A stretch of DNA of 64,000 nt from Haliotis rufescens (Eukaryota), in contig NW_025964223.1 of NCBI RefSeq assembly GCF_023055435.1, positions 50,282,001 to 50,346,000 on the forward strand, given 5' to 3'. This document shows positions 27,601-38,492 of this stretch, in pieces (position 1 is the stretch's first letter; each line of letters starts with the position of its first letter). A model generated the notes under the pieces. It did not search any database, was not told the DNA's origin, and saw only the letters and a program-made list of their open reading frames with translations. A program made the position numbers and the translations under genes.

Positions 27601-28887
27601 TGTTTAACGCCGCACTCAGCAATATTCTAGCTATATGACGGCGGTCTGTAAATAATCGAGCCTGGACCAGACAATCCAGTGATTGACATCATAAGCATCG
27701 ATCTGCGAATTTAGGATGCGATGACATGCCTAAATCAAGTCAGCGACTTGATCACCCGATCCCGTTAGTCGCCTCTTACGACAAGCATAGTCGCCTTTTA
27801 CGGCAAGCATTGGTTGCTGAAGACCTATTCTACCCCGGATCTTTACTGGATTTAAGATTTAAGTAGGTGGTTACTGGGTTAAAATGGTTACGAAGGTAGC
27901 TCTGATCACAGTTAAATCACGCGTGTGTACTAAATTGATAGCCTTTGTCTCTTATGGTATGATGCTGATAGACCAAGCATCATTACTGAGATGAGTTTGA
28001 GATTTAAACCCATAATCACCGGATCCTGGCTAGCTCTCCACAACCAACTGTAGTACCTTTGCCCAGTGGCCCACCTGTGTCACCATTAACGCCGCGATCA
28101 GCAATATTCCAGTTATCTGACGGCGGTCGTGCAAATAATCGTGTCCGGACCAGACAATCAAGTGATCGCCATCACGCCATCACGCTACCACGCAATTGGG
28201 ATACGATGACATGCATCAACCAAGTCAGCGAGCCTGACCTAACGATCCCGTAGGTCGCCTCTCACAAGCATAGTCGCCTCTTACCACAAGCATGAGTTGC
28301 TGAAGACCTATTCTAACCCGGATCTTCACGGGTTAGTGATGTTTTAAGTTAGAAACTTAAATAAATGGAATAAAAAGATGCTAGTGTCATAAACTTAGGA
28401 ACATTACCGATAACTTTCTCAAAATTATCTGGATGTCCTCATTTGTTTAATATGTCAGTTTCTGGAGTTCAAAACGCTCTCATCACAAATCACAAATATT
28501 TTATAACGCCTTACATGTTCATCACCTATTGTTATCTTACGACCAGTTGATACCTCTACAAAATGCCTCATATTTTGAAAAAAGTCACCCACCTCTACGT
28601 TGTATTAGATGATAATCTAAAAGGGGCAAAAGTAATAAAGGCGTGGTCAAACATATCAAATTTATCAACCCATGAAAAATGACCTGCAGACGACAATGTG
28701 TACTTACTTGGTGCAGGGTAAGATTAAGTGCCTCTGAACTGTCGGCGCGCTTCATACCCGAGGATGGGACGGTTGATCCAGGGACATCGCCTGTTTTGGG
28801 GGTCAGGTTCGCCATTTCCATCACAGCCTTGTCGGCAGAACTATCTGACAATCGTCTAAATTGACCAAGAGCAAGTGAGTCAGACAT
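3521..28887 (-). CDS. TRPA1: TRPA1-like transient receptor potential cation channel (ankyrin repeats + 6 TM + C-terminal coiled coil), 24 coding exons, 3606 nt / 1201 aa
   Basis: Hand-spliced exons all have GT..AG boundaries with compatible phases. Many ankyrin motifs (TPLHLAA), linker TPMRKLIRKMP..FDRC..FNYEFLDD, TM segments, pore MMMGEIDF, S6 MNLLVGLAVDDI, TRP-like helix and coiled coil. Confidence 0.95.
3958..4134 (-). CDS. TRPA1: TRPA1-like coding exon 23 (VDLALDVEKSLP...)
   Basis: GT-AG, phase 0-0. Confidence 0.9.
4862..4930 (-). CDS. TRPA1: TRPA1-like coding exon 22 (VGLAVDDIQSVQGQAALKIMAMQ)
   Basis: Manual translation, end of S6 and TRP-like helix, phase 0-0. Confidence 0.92.
5721..5930 (-). 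CDS. TRPA1: TRPA1-like coding exon 21 (pore helix, filter GEIDF, S6)
   Basis: KTGVMMMGEIDF...MSIIAMNLL, phase 0-0. Confidence 0.93.
6022..6222 (-). CDS. TRPA1: TRPA1-like coding exon 20 (WQWSLGAVSVFLAW; S4-S5)
   Basis: Canonical TRPA S4/S5 sequence, phase 0-0. Confidence 0.93.
6500..7560 (+). mobile_element. Decayed Penelope-like retroelement RT fragment
   Basis: Frameshifted remnants VIPTDKASNN, WIPKLH, YLDL and DDFNVPIANHSFMSSNIPAASAFGAYISQNLRYNRAC. Confidence 0.65.
7930..8061 (-). CDS. TRPA1: TRPA1-like coding exon 19 (YFSWTNLIEW, S3)
   Basis: Manual translation, phase 0-0. Confidence 0.9.
8421..8553 (-). CDS. TRPA1: TRPA1-like coding exon 18 (S1-S2 loop, S2)
   Basis: Manual translation ending LHLLKE, phase 2-0. 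Confidence 0.88.
9272..9441 (-). CDS. TRPA1: TRPA1-like coding exon 17 (LLAHPLV..KW + S1)
   Basis: Pre-S1 helix and first TM helix, phase 0-2. Confidence 0.92.
9490..10410. repeat. 22-bp minisatellite (CAGTGGTACATTCATCCCCGCC) with a 307-bp higher-order duplication
   Basis: Direct tandem repeats; identical ORF starts at 9848 and 10155. Confidence 0.9.
10457..10557 (-). CDS. TRPA1: TRPA1-like coding exon 16 (...NHPLMIM)
   Basis: Pre-S1 HPL motif, phase 1-0. Confidence 0.88.
10725..11365 (+). mobile_element. Degenerate non-LTR retrotransposon RT fragment (Rex1/Babar-like)
   Basis: DYRPVAL / MKCFERIV / DPLQF / LFVDFSSAF / GAPKGCVRSP / VKFADD motifs, truncated. Confidence 0.75.
13291..13455 (-). 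CDS. TRPA1: TRPA1-like coding exon 15 (DVAKRVFDRC...FNYEFLDD)
   Basis: TRPA linker motif, phase 1-1. Confidence 0.9.
14407..14528 (-). CDS. TRPA1: TRPA1-like coding exon 14 (DVAMVIINSEVWKDAL...TPMRKLIRKMP)
   Basis: Manual translation, TRPA linker motif, phase 2-1. Confidence 0.9.
15093..15229 (-). CDS. TRPA1: TRPA1-like coding exon 13 (TTPLHLASRNGH...)
   Basis: Manual translation, phase 0-2. Confidence 0.9.
15678..15795 (-). CDS. TRPA1: TRPA1-like coding exon 12 (STPLHLAASKGCLKACRILL)
   Basis: Manual translation, phase 2-0. Confidence 0.9.
16465..16608 (-). CDS. TRPA1: TRPA1-like coding exon 11
   Basis: NTPLHLAAMQGH ankyrin repeat, phase 2-2. Confidence 0.9.
17032..17120 (-). CDS. TRPA1: TRPA1-like coding exon 10 (TLLENGA...QTPLHLAAKCGR)
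   Basis: Manual translation, phase 0-2. Confidence 0.9.
17819..17926 (-). CDS. TRPA1: TRPA1-like coding exon 9 (KLLSYPNV...PVHVAAQEGYSEILV)
   Basis: Manual translation, acceptor ttttctag, donor gtaaga, phase 0-0. Confidence 0.9.
18482..18665 (-). CDS. TRPA1: TRPA1-like coding exon 8
   Basis: YTPLLLAVKYGH ankyrin repeat, phase 2-0. Confidence 0.9.
18859..19110 (+). mobile_element. SINE-like family A copy (GGCGACTAA module, (CAAA)n tail), slightly 5'-truncated
   Basis: Matches the other copies; flanked by direct repeat AATAATCAA(c/t)AA. Confidence 0.8.
19406..19617 (+). mobile_element. SINE-like family A copy, diverged
   Basis: Homologous to 18859-19110. Confidence 0.7.
19721..19916 (-). 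CDS. TRPA1: TRPA1-like coding exon 7
   Basis: HPLHLAAMSG / TPLHKAV ankyrin repeats, phase 1-2. Confidence 0.9.
20280..20373 (-). CDS. TRPA1: TRPA1-like coding exon 6 (MVTDTDVEMNTCLHLAVDNGHYDVAKLCLKK)
   Basis: Manual translation, ankyrin repeat, phase 0-1. Confidence 0.9.
20895..21116 (-). CDS. TRPA1: TRPA1-like coding exon 5 (AEDKQLFTALHVAA...)
   Basis: Two ankyrin repeats, GT-AG, phase 0-0. Confidence 0.9.
21412..21600 (-). CDS. TRPA1: TRPA1-like coding exon 4 (...GQTPLHLAAMSGNE...)
   Basis: Ankyrin motif, donor gtgagt, phase 0-0. Confidence 0.88.
22086..23958. repeat. 49-bp minisatellite (GGACACCCGTGACTACTTGACCACTTATCGGCTCTATGTAATCATGGAT), about 31 units, interrupted by a SINE
   Basis: Near-perfect head-to-tail repeats with no spacers. 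Confidence 0.95.
22254..22591 (-). mobile_element. tRNA-headed SINE family B (Meta-SINE-like body, (CTCAC)n tail), full length
   Basis: A box TGGTCTAGTGG, B box GGTTCGATCC, 14-bp TSD CCGTGACTACTTGA (22240-22253 and 22592-22605). Confidence 0.85.
24235..24575. mobile_element. Two partial family A SINE-like copies in opposite orientations
   Basis: 3' half on the minus strand (about 24235-24378), 5' half on the plus strand (about 24452-24575). Confidence 0.7.
24960..25081 (-). CDS. TRPA1: TRPA1-like coding exon 3 (DPNMRGNEDITPLHTAAQY...)
   Basis: Acceptor tttgtcag, donor gtgagt, phase 1-0. Confidence 0.9.
25147..25405 (+). mobile_element. SINE-like family A copy, full length
   Basis: Starts ACCCGTGAAGAT, ends GCGGCGTTAAACAAC. 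Confidence 0.8.
26495..27055 (-). repeat. 88-bp minisatellite derived from the 3' end of TRPA1 coding exon 2 and its splice donor (5 full copies plus a partial copy)
   Basis: Donor-containing unit recurs at 26980, 26892, 26804, 26716, 26628 and 26540. Confidence 0.95.
26981..27149 (-). CDS. TRPA1: TRPA1-like coding exon 2 (CARYGD...LTPLHYAIRYNHFSVVKLLVDAGA)
   Basis: Acceptor ttccctccag, donor G|gtattg, ankyrin repeat, phase 0-1. Confidence 0.9.
27577..27848 (-). mobile_element. SINE-like family A copy
   Basis: Flanked by direct repeat TTTAAGATTTAAGT. Confidence 0.8.
28085..28333 (-). mobile_element. SINE-like family A copy
   Basis: Homology to the other copies. Confidence 0.75.
28708..28887 (-). 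CDS. TRPA1: TRPA1-like coding exon 1 (MSDSLALG...LTLHQ); exon starts at 28909 with 22 nt of 5'UTR
   Basis: Acceptor tctgtcttcag ending at 28910, ATG at 28887 with an upstream in-frame TGA, donor CAA|gtaagt, phase 0. Confidence 0.8.
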
Positions 28888-29944
28888 TTTGTCTCACGAA
28901 TCCAAATTCCTGAAGACAGATAACAGTACATAAGTGCTTAACCGCAAAAGCTATTTAAGCAGTTTGAATCAAACAAAGTCAGTTGAAGTCATTAGAATAT
29001 ATTGTCAAGCGGTTAAGATATACATAAACGACGGAAAACCTGTGTTGTGAAACGTTTCAAGGTGGTATGTTTATGCGAGCAATGTTGCGGATGGATACCC
29101 CAAGTATCTACCGTGACACTCCTATGCTATGACACAATGGAGACCGCAGGACCCTGAGACACAATGGGCCAATTTGGCAGTTTCTTGTTTATATGAGAAT
29201 ATCAATATTGAAAACAACATTCGAGATAGTTGATACTGATAATCAAATGTGTGAAGGTAGCAGGCCTACTTTCTACAAGGCCAGGTCGAGCTGTTTTAAT
29301 AATACATGCTCTACCGTTGTTTTGATGCCTAATTCTCAGTGATGGTCTACACTCGAGACAAAATGACTTCACTCTGGGGCAGTGGGGCAAAGATATCATT
29401 TTCAGTAATTCTCCTTGAGCATCATAATTTTGGCCTGAAGTTTATCGAATGTCAATGTTTTCGAAACGGCCATTGGTAAACGTAACGTCATAGCATCGCA
29501 TTGTCGAAAATAAATGAATATGACGTCATCCATTGTTCATGCCGCCATAGACGATTTTAGGTGACTTTGTCCCAACATGATTTTCTCAACTTGTGATAAG
29601 AAAACGAACAATTTTCTAAGTTTTCTGAAAGTGTGTGTGAGTTAAATTTTCTCAGAAAAAAATATTGTATATATAAAATGAAAGGTATATGAATGGAAGG
29701 TATGCATACACAGTGATATTAAACTGAAGTCATGTGTATTTTCCTATTGGTTTCGTTTGTCGTATAACATTTTGTAATGCATCGTTACCTCAGTATTATA
29801 AGTAACACGTACTGGAGATATCTATGCCAAAGTGTCTCTTATACAAATAACATAAATAGCTACTTGCCCACAGAAGCATCATGGAAGACACGTATAGCAC
29901 TACATGAATATTCATTGAGGGTTATATTTTTCGTGATGTAATCA

Positions 29945-30130
29945 TCGCTTCCGTGGCCTAGATGATTGGGCGTCTGCCAGGAGAGCAGGAAGTTAGTGGT
30001 CCGATCCCGGCCGTGTCACACCAAAACACGTGAAAAGAGGGTACCTGTTGCTACCCTTCCTGACGCTCGTTATTGAGGGATGACAAAAAGGCTGGTCTGC
30101 TAGGAGTAAGTATACTATGTCTCAGTGGGC
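29945..30130 (+). mobile_element. SINE family B, diverged 5' part
   Basis: Homologous to the head and body of 22254-22591. Confidence 0.6.
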
Positions 30131-30151
30131 TAGAACTATAAAAGCAACACA

Positions 30152-30155
<4 letters not shown>

Positions 30156-30229
<74 letters not shown>
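30156..30229. repeat. (CA)n microsatellite
   Basis: Perfect dinucleotide run. Confidence 0.98.
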
Positions 30230-30232
<3 letters not shown>

Positions 30233-30547
30233 GTAAAAAGGTTCTGAGGTTTGGTGATTATAAAACGCAAATAAATTAACTAAAACCTTGACATCAATGG
30301 AGGCAGTCGGGTTGGCACAGGCCTGATGTAAATAATAATAAGAAACACAGATGCAGATAAATAGACAAATTAAACAAACAATACAAAACTAAACAGAGAA
30401 CTGAATTCAAATGAAAAAAGTGTTTCTCTAAATAGTAAACTATTGGGTATTATTTCATATACATGTAAGCTATCACCTAGGTATCATCAGTATTTGGTGG
30501 TGATTCATAAACACATGCTTATGGCAAAATCGGATTCGTACAATGTC

Positions 30548-30810
30548 ACCCGTAAAAATCCAGGGTAGAATAGGTCTTTAGCAACCCATGCTTGCCGTAA
30601 AATGCGACTATGCTTGTTGTAAGACACGCCAACCGGAACGGGTGGTCAGGCTCGCTGACTTGGTTGTCATCGTATCCCAATTACGTGGATCGATGCTCAT
30701 GGTGTCAATCACTGGATTGTCTGGTCGACCGACCCGATTATTTACAGACCGCCGTCATATAGCTGAAATATTGCTGAGTGCGGCTTTAAACAACAAACAA
30801 ACAAACCAAT
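30548..30810 (+). mobile_element. SINE-like family A copy
   Basis: Homology to the other copies, (CAAA)n tail. Confidence 0.78.
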
Positions 30811-32249
30811 CTACAATGTACACTGCTTCCAGCAGAGATATTTTATGATTATGAAAATAGTTTTGTCGCTTATGTTAACACGATTTACAATATAAATTGT
30901 CACTAGGTTAAGACGTCGAACCCCGAAACGTTTTGTTATATCGTTCTGAAGTTTGACATCAGCTTTTTGAAGAAAACTCCATCCTTTGATATCCTACAAG
31001 ACAGTCAGACAGAGTTTAAACGTCCCATATCTTGCTTCACTAAAATGACCAGAAAAAACAAGCAGTGACTATTCAAACGAATGCATATAGTTGTCATATT
31101 AGTGAGGTGTTTAATGTGTATAATGCATGTGAATTAGGGATGAGAGGTTCTATTCTTGTAGTATGAGGCAATTTAAAGGGATGTTTTGGTCAGGGTCGGT
31201 GACAGGATTGCGTGTCATCGTGTCCCGGCAGCGAGGGACGTTCCACATAATATCAGTCACTAATTTCAGAGAGAGAATTTATAGATGTCAACTTCTTTAT
31301 TGTGAGGAACACAACGTTTCGTGGTTCATGTACTGTATATGTTTACTCCTTCATCGGGTGAAGTTGACATGGGAGTATATGATGATCAGGTGATCCACCC
31401 GAAGAAGGAGCAAGCATATTTTCCGAAATGTTGTGTTCCTCATAAAAAAGAAGTTTGCATGCATAAATTCTCTCTCTCTCTTATGCGTATCACTTCTAAA
31501 TTCAAAGACTTAATAACTGATTTGCCTTGAATTGCGACGTTAAACAACGAACAAAACAATGAACGTATGTGCTTCATGTGAAAACCACTCTTGCGACAAT
31601 TCAATGACTACCATTGTTTTGTTTCTGACTGACCATTGACGGCATGGCTAGATTACAGTCTCGGCGACAGGTGAAGGGCGATAACCAACTATAAGAAACA
31701 ATAAAAGGCAAAGAAAACAAGCCTGAACCTAAAAAGATCAAAGATTTTACGGGCACCACTGGGTCAGGTTTGAAAGATGAACTTTGTTAAAGATAACCCA
31801 AATCTCAATCAGTCATTCTTCTTAACTTTTCAAAATTCGCAATTAAAATACATAAATTTAATGGTAATGATAAATTTGACAAATCGAACAATATTTGTAA
31901 CGGATTCTCTATGGATACTGACGACTCAACTCAATTTTCATATACCTCAATATGAAACGTAATTTCTGGAATTCAAATGACAACATCAAGAAAGGGAGAC
32001 AACTTACTCATTATTTTCCACCTTGTCTGGGTGAAGCTTTCCAGATTCCACGACTGGTTCAGGAGAGACACTGTTCCTGCTGGACATAATCCGATGAACA
32101 GGAGAATCCGAGCGGGATCTGGACATCACAAGCTGCAAGCAAATGTTGGAATTCAGTCTGACGTAGTCACAAACTAGGTTGAAGTAGAGTGAGCTTCAAT
32201 TAACAAGGGTTCCGCTGAGTGATGACAATTTCCAGTACAGACATAGTCG

Positions 32250-33020
32250 TTGTAAATAGTGCCATGTGTGATTCTGATACACTGTATATGTGTAAATAGT
32301 TCCCTGCGTGACGCTGATACATTATCTCTATATAAATAGTGCCATACGTGGTGCTGATACAGTGTATAAGTGTAAATAGTGCCCTACGTGATTCTGATAC
32401 ATTTTATATGTGTAAATAGTGCCCTGTGCGATACTGATAGTGTATATGTGTAAATAGTGCCCTCTGTGATGCTGATACATTGTATATGTGTAAATAGTGC
32501 CCTCTGTGATACTGATACATTGTACATGTGTAAAAGGTTGCCCTTTGTGATGCTGAAACAGTGTACATGTTTAAATAGTGCCCTGTGTGATGCTGATACA
32601 TTGCATATGTGTAATTAGTGCCCTGTGTAATGCTTATACATTTCATATGTGTAAATGGTGCCATGTGTGATTCTCATACACTGTATATGTGTAAATAGTG
32701 CCCTGCGTGTTCTGTTACATTATATCTATATAAATAGTGCCCTGTGTGGTGCTGATACAGTGTATACGTGTAAATAGTGCCCTGCGTGTTCTGTTACATT
32801 ATATCTATATAAATAGTGCCCTGTGTGGTGCTGATACAGTGTATACATGTAAATAGTGCCCTGCGTGTTCTGTTACATTATATCTATATAAATAGTGCCC
32901 TGTGTGGTGCGGATACAGTGTATACGGGTAAATAGTGCTCTGCGCGATTCTGATACATTGTATATGTGTAAATAGTGCTCTGTGCGATGCTGGTACATTG
33001 TAAATGTGTAATTAGTGCCA
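32250..33020. repeat. 40-bp minisatellite (TGTAAATAGTGCCCTGTGTGATGCTGATACATTGTATATG)
   Basis: Tandem repeats with period 40. Confidence 0.9.
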
Positions 33021-35680
33021 TTATACCGCATTCACGTCATTATTACATCCATTATACCTCATTCGTGACATAATTACATCCATTATACCTCATTCATGTC
33101 ATTATTACATCCATTATACCTCATTCATGTCATTATTACATCCATTATACCCTATTTACGTCATTATTACATCCATTATACCTCATTCATGTCATTATTA
33201 CATCCATTATACCTCATTCATGTCATTATTACATCCATTATACCCTATGTACGTCATTATTACATCCATTTTACCTCAATCATGTCATTTCTACATCAAT
33301 TATAGCTCATTCATGTCATTATTTCATTCACTATATCTCATTCGTGTCATTATTTCATCCATTATACCTCATTCGTGTCATTATCGCATCCATTATACCT
33401 CTTTCATGTCATTATTACATACTCTATACCTCATTCATGTCATTATTACATCAATGATATCTCATTTGCGTCATTATTACATCCATTATACCTCATTCAT
33501 GTCAATATTACATATATTATACCTCATTCATGTCATTATTACATCAATGATACCTCATTCACGGCATTTTTACATCCATTATACCCCATTCATGTCAATA
33601 TTACATATATTATACCTCATTCATGTCATTTCTACATCTATCATACCCCATTCATGTCATTGTTACATCCATTATACCTCATTTCTGTCATTATTACATC
33701 CATTATACCCCATTCATGTCATTATTACATCCATTTTACCTCATTCATATCATTATTACATCCATTATACCCTATTTACGTCATTATTACATCCATTATG
33801 CATCATTCATGTCATTATTACATCCATTATATCTCATTCGTGTCATTATTACATCCATTAAACCTCATTCACGTCATTATCATGTCCATTATACCTCATT
33901 TACGTCATTATTACATCCATTATACCTCATTCATGTCATTTCTACATACTTTATACCTCATTCATATCATTATTACATCCATTATATCTCATTCGTGTCA
34001 TTATTACATCCATTATACCTCATTCATGTCATTATTACATCCATTATACCTCATTCATGTCATTATTACATCCATTATACCTCATTCGTGACATAATTAC
34101 ATCCATTATACCTCATTCATGTCATTATTACATCCATTATACCCTATTTACGTCATTATTACATCCATTATACCTCATTCATGTCATTATTACATCCATT
34201 ATACCTCATTCATGTCATTATTACATCCATTATACCCTATGTACGTCATTATTACATCCATTTTACCTCATTCATGTCATTTCTACATCAATTGTAGCTC
34301 ATTCATGTCATTATTACATTCACTATATCTCATTCGTGTCATTATTACATCCATTATACCTCATTCATGTCATTATCGCATCCATTATACCTCTTTCATG
34401 TCATTATTACATGCTCTATACCTCATTCATGTCATTATTACATCAATGATATCTCATTTGCGTCATTATTACATCCACTATACCTCATTCATGTCAATAT
34501 TACATATATTATACCTCATTCATGTCATTATTACATCAATGATACCTCATTCACGTCATTATTACATCCATTATACCTCATTCATGTCAATATTACATAT
34601 ATTATACCTCATTCGTGTCATTTCTACATCTATCATACCCCATTCATGTCATTGTGCCATCTATTATACCTCATTCATGTCATTATTACATCCATTATAC
34701 CCCATTCATGTCATTATTACATCCATTTTACCTCATTCATATCATTATTACATCCATTATACCCTATTTACGTCATTATTACATCCACTTTGCCTCATTC
34801 ATGTCATTTCTACATCCATTATACCTCATTCATGTCATTATTACATCCATTATATCTCATTCGTGCCATTATTACATCCATTATACCTCATTCACGTCAT
34901 TATCATGTCCATTATACCTCATTTACGTCATTATTACATCCATTATACCTCATTCATGTCATTTCTACATACATTATACCTCATTCATATCATTATTACA
35001 TCCATTATATCTCATTCGTGTCATTATTACATCCATTATACCTCATTCATGTCATTATTACATCCATTAAACCTCATTCACGTCATTATTATGCCCATTA
35101 TACCTCATTTACGTCATTATTACATCCGTTATATCTCATTCGTGTCATTATTTCATCCATTATACCTCATTCATGTTATTATTACATCCACATTCTTGTC
35201 ATCATTACATCCATTATACCTCATTCATGTCATTATTACATCCATTATACCCCATGCATGTCATTATTACATCCATTATATCTCATTCATGTCATTATGA
35301 CATCCATTATACCTCATTCATGTCATTATTACATCAATTATACCTCATCCATGTCATTATTACATCCATTATATCTCATTCATGTCATTATTACATACCT
35401 TATACCTCATTCACGTCATTATTACATCCATTATACCTCATTCATGTCATTATTACATCCATTATACCTCATTCGTGTCATTATTACATACCTTATACCT
35501 CATTCACGTCATTATTACATCGATCCATTATACCTCATTCATGTCATTATTACATCCATTATACCTCATTCATGTCATCATTACATCCATTTTACCTCAT
35601 TCATGTCAATATTACATCCATTTAACCTCGTTCATGTCATCATTACATCCATTATACCTCATTTATGTCAATATTACATA
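33020..35680. repeat. 31-bp minisatellite (CATTATACCTCATTCATGTCATTATTACATC), about 85 units, with a 992-bp higher-order duplication
   Basis: Period 31; variant patterns recur at +992 (33127/34119, 33375/34367, 33623/34615). Confidence 0.95.
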
Positions 35681-36110
35681 AACAACGGTTCACGCAGTCG
35701 GATGCCACGCCATCAACCAGGTCACCGATCCTGACCACCCCATCCATTACAGTCGCCTCTTACGACAAGCATCGGTTGCTTGGGACCCATTCTCCAACCG
35801 GGATTATCGGCAGTGAGCGGCGGACAGTATTGATCAGAGGACTCAGTGAACGAGTCGTGGGCATGCACGTGGTTACAGTTTCTGATGACTATTTGCCCGA
35901 ATATCAGTGAATATATATCCCTTATAACTAAACAGACGAGGATTCGTTTAAATAACTGCCGACATGACGAGACTCCACGTGTTGGCTAGCATCACCCCAT
36001 TCCTAAACGGGTCGAGCAGTGACTAAAACTCCTTGGTCCGTTACCGGCATAAGGTCTATCTTGTGTATATTCAAAACATACTGAAAACGCTACGTTTTAC
36101 ATTTTTTTAC

Positions 36111-36213
36111 CTGTAAGTCAAAGCAAATCCACAACTGTCATCCACGAATATGCCGAGTATCTTCTCGCCGCTTCAATGAACTCACCAGGGAGACAAAACA
36201 AAGCGTCTATATA
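36111..36213 (-). promoter_or_regulatory. Putative TRPA1-like core promoter and non-coding first exon (about 36182-36111)
   Basis: TATATAG starting at 36213, Inr-like TGAGTT/TCATT about 31-36 nt downstream, donor CAG|gtaaaa after 36111. The ATG-bearing exon at 28909 has an acceptor and so needs an upstream exon. Confidence 0.5.
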
Positions 36214-36591
36214 GGCTCCCTGAACTGACGAACCCACGCTTCAGTTAATTATGCATCGAACGAAATGACAGGTAAATCTAACGGTCTTATTCATATCAGA
36301 AGTCACGTCTGGGTTACAACATCTTTTCAATGTCAAGCACTTGGTAGGTGTTTGTCCAGAGAGAATGCATTAAATACTTTATTGATTTTCCAAGTCTCCA
36401 GTTATGACACACATAACCGGTAAAGCGAGTAAAGTCTACGCAAGTTGTCACGGGTGATAAACGCTAAAGTCGATACTCCGGTCCGCGAGATCTCCGGCGA
36501 TTCCCTGTTTTTCTCCATAACAACTGTTGCTAAACACATGACATAGGAAACGCTATCGTAACAAAATGGCCTCCATTCTGTAGCAAACAGC

Positions 36592-37320
36592 TTTTTATCC
36601 CCCGCCGGGCCAGAATGGCCGAAGGGGGATTATGTCGTGGCGCAGTCCATCCGTCTGTCTGTCTGTCTGTCTGTCTTGTCTGTCCGTCCGTCTGTCAGTC
36701 CCACAGAGGATACTAAGCTTGTGAAATCAACTCCTCCTACAGTTTCCAGAGAATATCCCTGATACTCTACACACAAGATGTCGACATGTTGATGATACGC
36801 ATATCGCAGTCCCGTTCAATTTCGACTAATTTTGACAGAGTTACTGCCCCTGTTTTACGGAGCTTCATTTGCCTAATTGTGAGAGAGGTACTAAGCTTGT
36901 GAAATCAACTCCTCCTCCAGCTTTTAGAGAATATCCCTGACACTCTACACACAAGATGTCGACATGTTGATGATACGCATATCGCAGTCCCGTTTCATTT
37001 CGACAAATTTTGACAGAGTTACTGCCCCTGTTTGACGGAGCATCATTTGCCCAATTGTGAGAGAGGGTACTAAGCTTGTGAAATCAACTCCTCCTACAGT
37101 TAAAATGTGCACATGTTTAATATATCCATATCACAGTCACGTTTCATTTCTTTTCATGTTGAGAGAGTTACTGCCCTTGGTTTATGAAGCTCGATTTGCA
37201 CAACTGTGAGAGAGGGTACTGTTTTTGTGATGTCAACTCCTACATTTTTCAGGGAATATCCCTGACGCTCTAAACACATGCCGCTCTACACACAGCATGT
37301 GTTATTGATACACATATCGC
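36592..37320 (+). mobile_element. Non-autonomous Helentron/DINE-1-type element with internal ~179-bp tandem repeats
   Basis: T-run followed by inverted repeat ATCCCCC...GGGGGAT, a (GTCT/GTCC)n microsatellite, then 3-4 core repeats starting TACTAAGCTTGTGAAATCAACTCC; 3' terminus not identified. Confidence 0.65.
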
Positions 37321-37802
37321 AGTCGTTATAAATTTGAAATGTCACAGTACGGTTTTCAACAGGTCATAAAAGGCCCTTCAACTGATTATGGAAGTACAAT
37401 AGACCATGTCTATACTAGAGAAACTCTTCAGGTTGAAGCAGGAACTCTGGAATGTTTCTTCTCAGATCACAAGCCCTTGGTTGTCAGAGTAGTGTAGAAC
37501 AAGTTGGCCTCAGGTAACAACCATTATAAAACAATGTCATTTAGTCTCTGAGAAGAAAATGTCACAATATCTAACTATAGTTAGTTTCCTTGTATACGGC
37601 TTTTGTGGGTGAGCTACATCCTTATGGCATTAGCATTCAGACTGGATTATCCCAACAAAATTTTCTGCACAATTTGTTTCAAATGCAGTGCCATCTACTG
37701 TTGTTATTTCATAAAATACAAAGAAAACATAAACTCGTTAAAAAAATTCATGCAGGGGATGTTGTGCTCTCAGAGCACTCTTGTTTAAAACAGTTTCTGC
37801 AA

Positions 37803-38100
37803 TTGTTTGTTTGTTGTTCAACGCCGCACTCAGCTACATTCTAGCTATATGACGGCGGTCTGTAAATAATGGAGCCTGGATCAGACAATCCAGTGACATA
37901 ATGAGCATCGATCCACGCAATTGGGATACCATGACATGCATCAACCAAGTCACCGAGACTGGCCACCGATCCCGTTAGTCGCCTCTTACGAGAAGCATAG
38001 TCTGGACCAGACAAGCCAGTGATTGACATCATGAGCATCAATCTTCGTAACTGTGATACAATGACGTGAAATAAACAAAGTCAGCGAGCCTGACCACCCG
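37803..38100 (-). mobile_element. Two partial, tandem family A SINE-like copies
   Basis: Homology to the other copies. Confidence 0.7.
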
Positions 38101-38390
38101 ACGTCACACAATACAAGTTCTATTAGATGATTAAGAGTCACGGCTTGGCCTGTCCGTCCTTTGTGACGGTGTCCGTCATTTGTAATTAAGGACTGCTGAT
38201 TGACGCCCAAAGCGACATGCCACCTGTCATGCTTGCTAAGTCTTAACTTCATTATAGATTGATATGCATAAATGTCAATCAGGTAAAGTCATTGTAATCA
38301 TGTCTAATCAAATAAAATTGTATAATATTCATTGCTTATACTGTCCAATCAGAATGTTGTAAGTACTTCTGTAAATTCATTCACTATCAT

Positions 38391-38492
38391 GTATAAAAAT
38401 ATATAATTGTTCTGGTATAAAAATATATAATTGTTCTGGTATAAGAATATATAATTGTTCTGGTATAAAAATATATAATTGTTCTGGTATAA
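38391..38492. repeat. 24-bp tandem repeat (GTATAAAAATATATAATTGTTCTG) x4
   Basis: Direct repeats. Confidence 0.85.

Noticed and set aside
33096-35734. Long His/Ile/Tyr-rich ORFs (up to 455 aa) in several frames
   Set aside because: Artefacts of a stop-poor 31-bp satellite; the same peptide rotates through all three frames.
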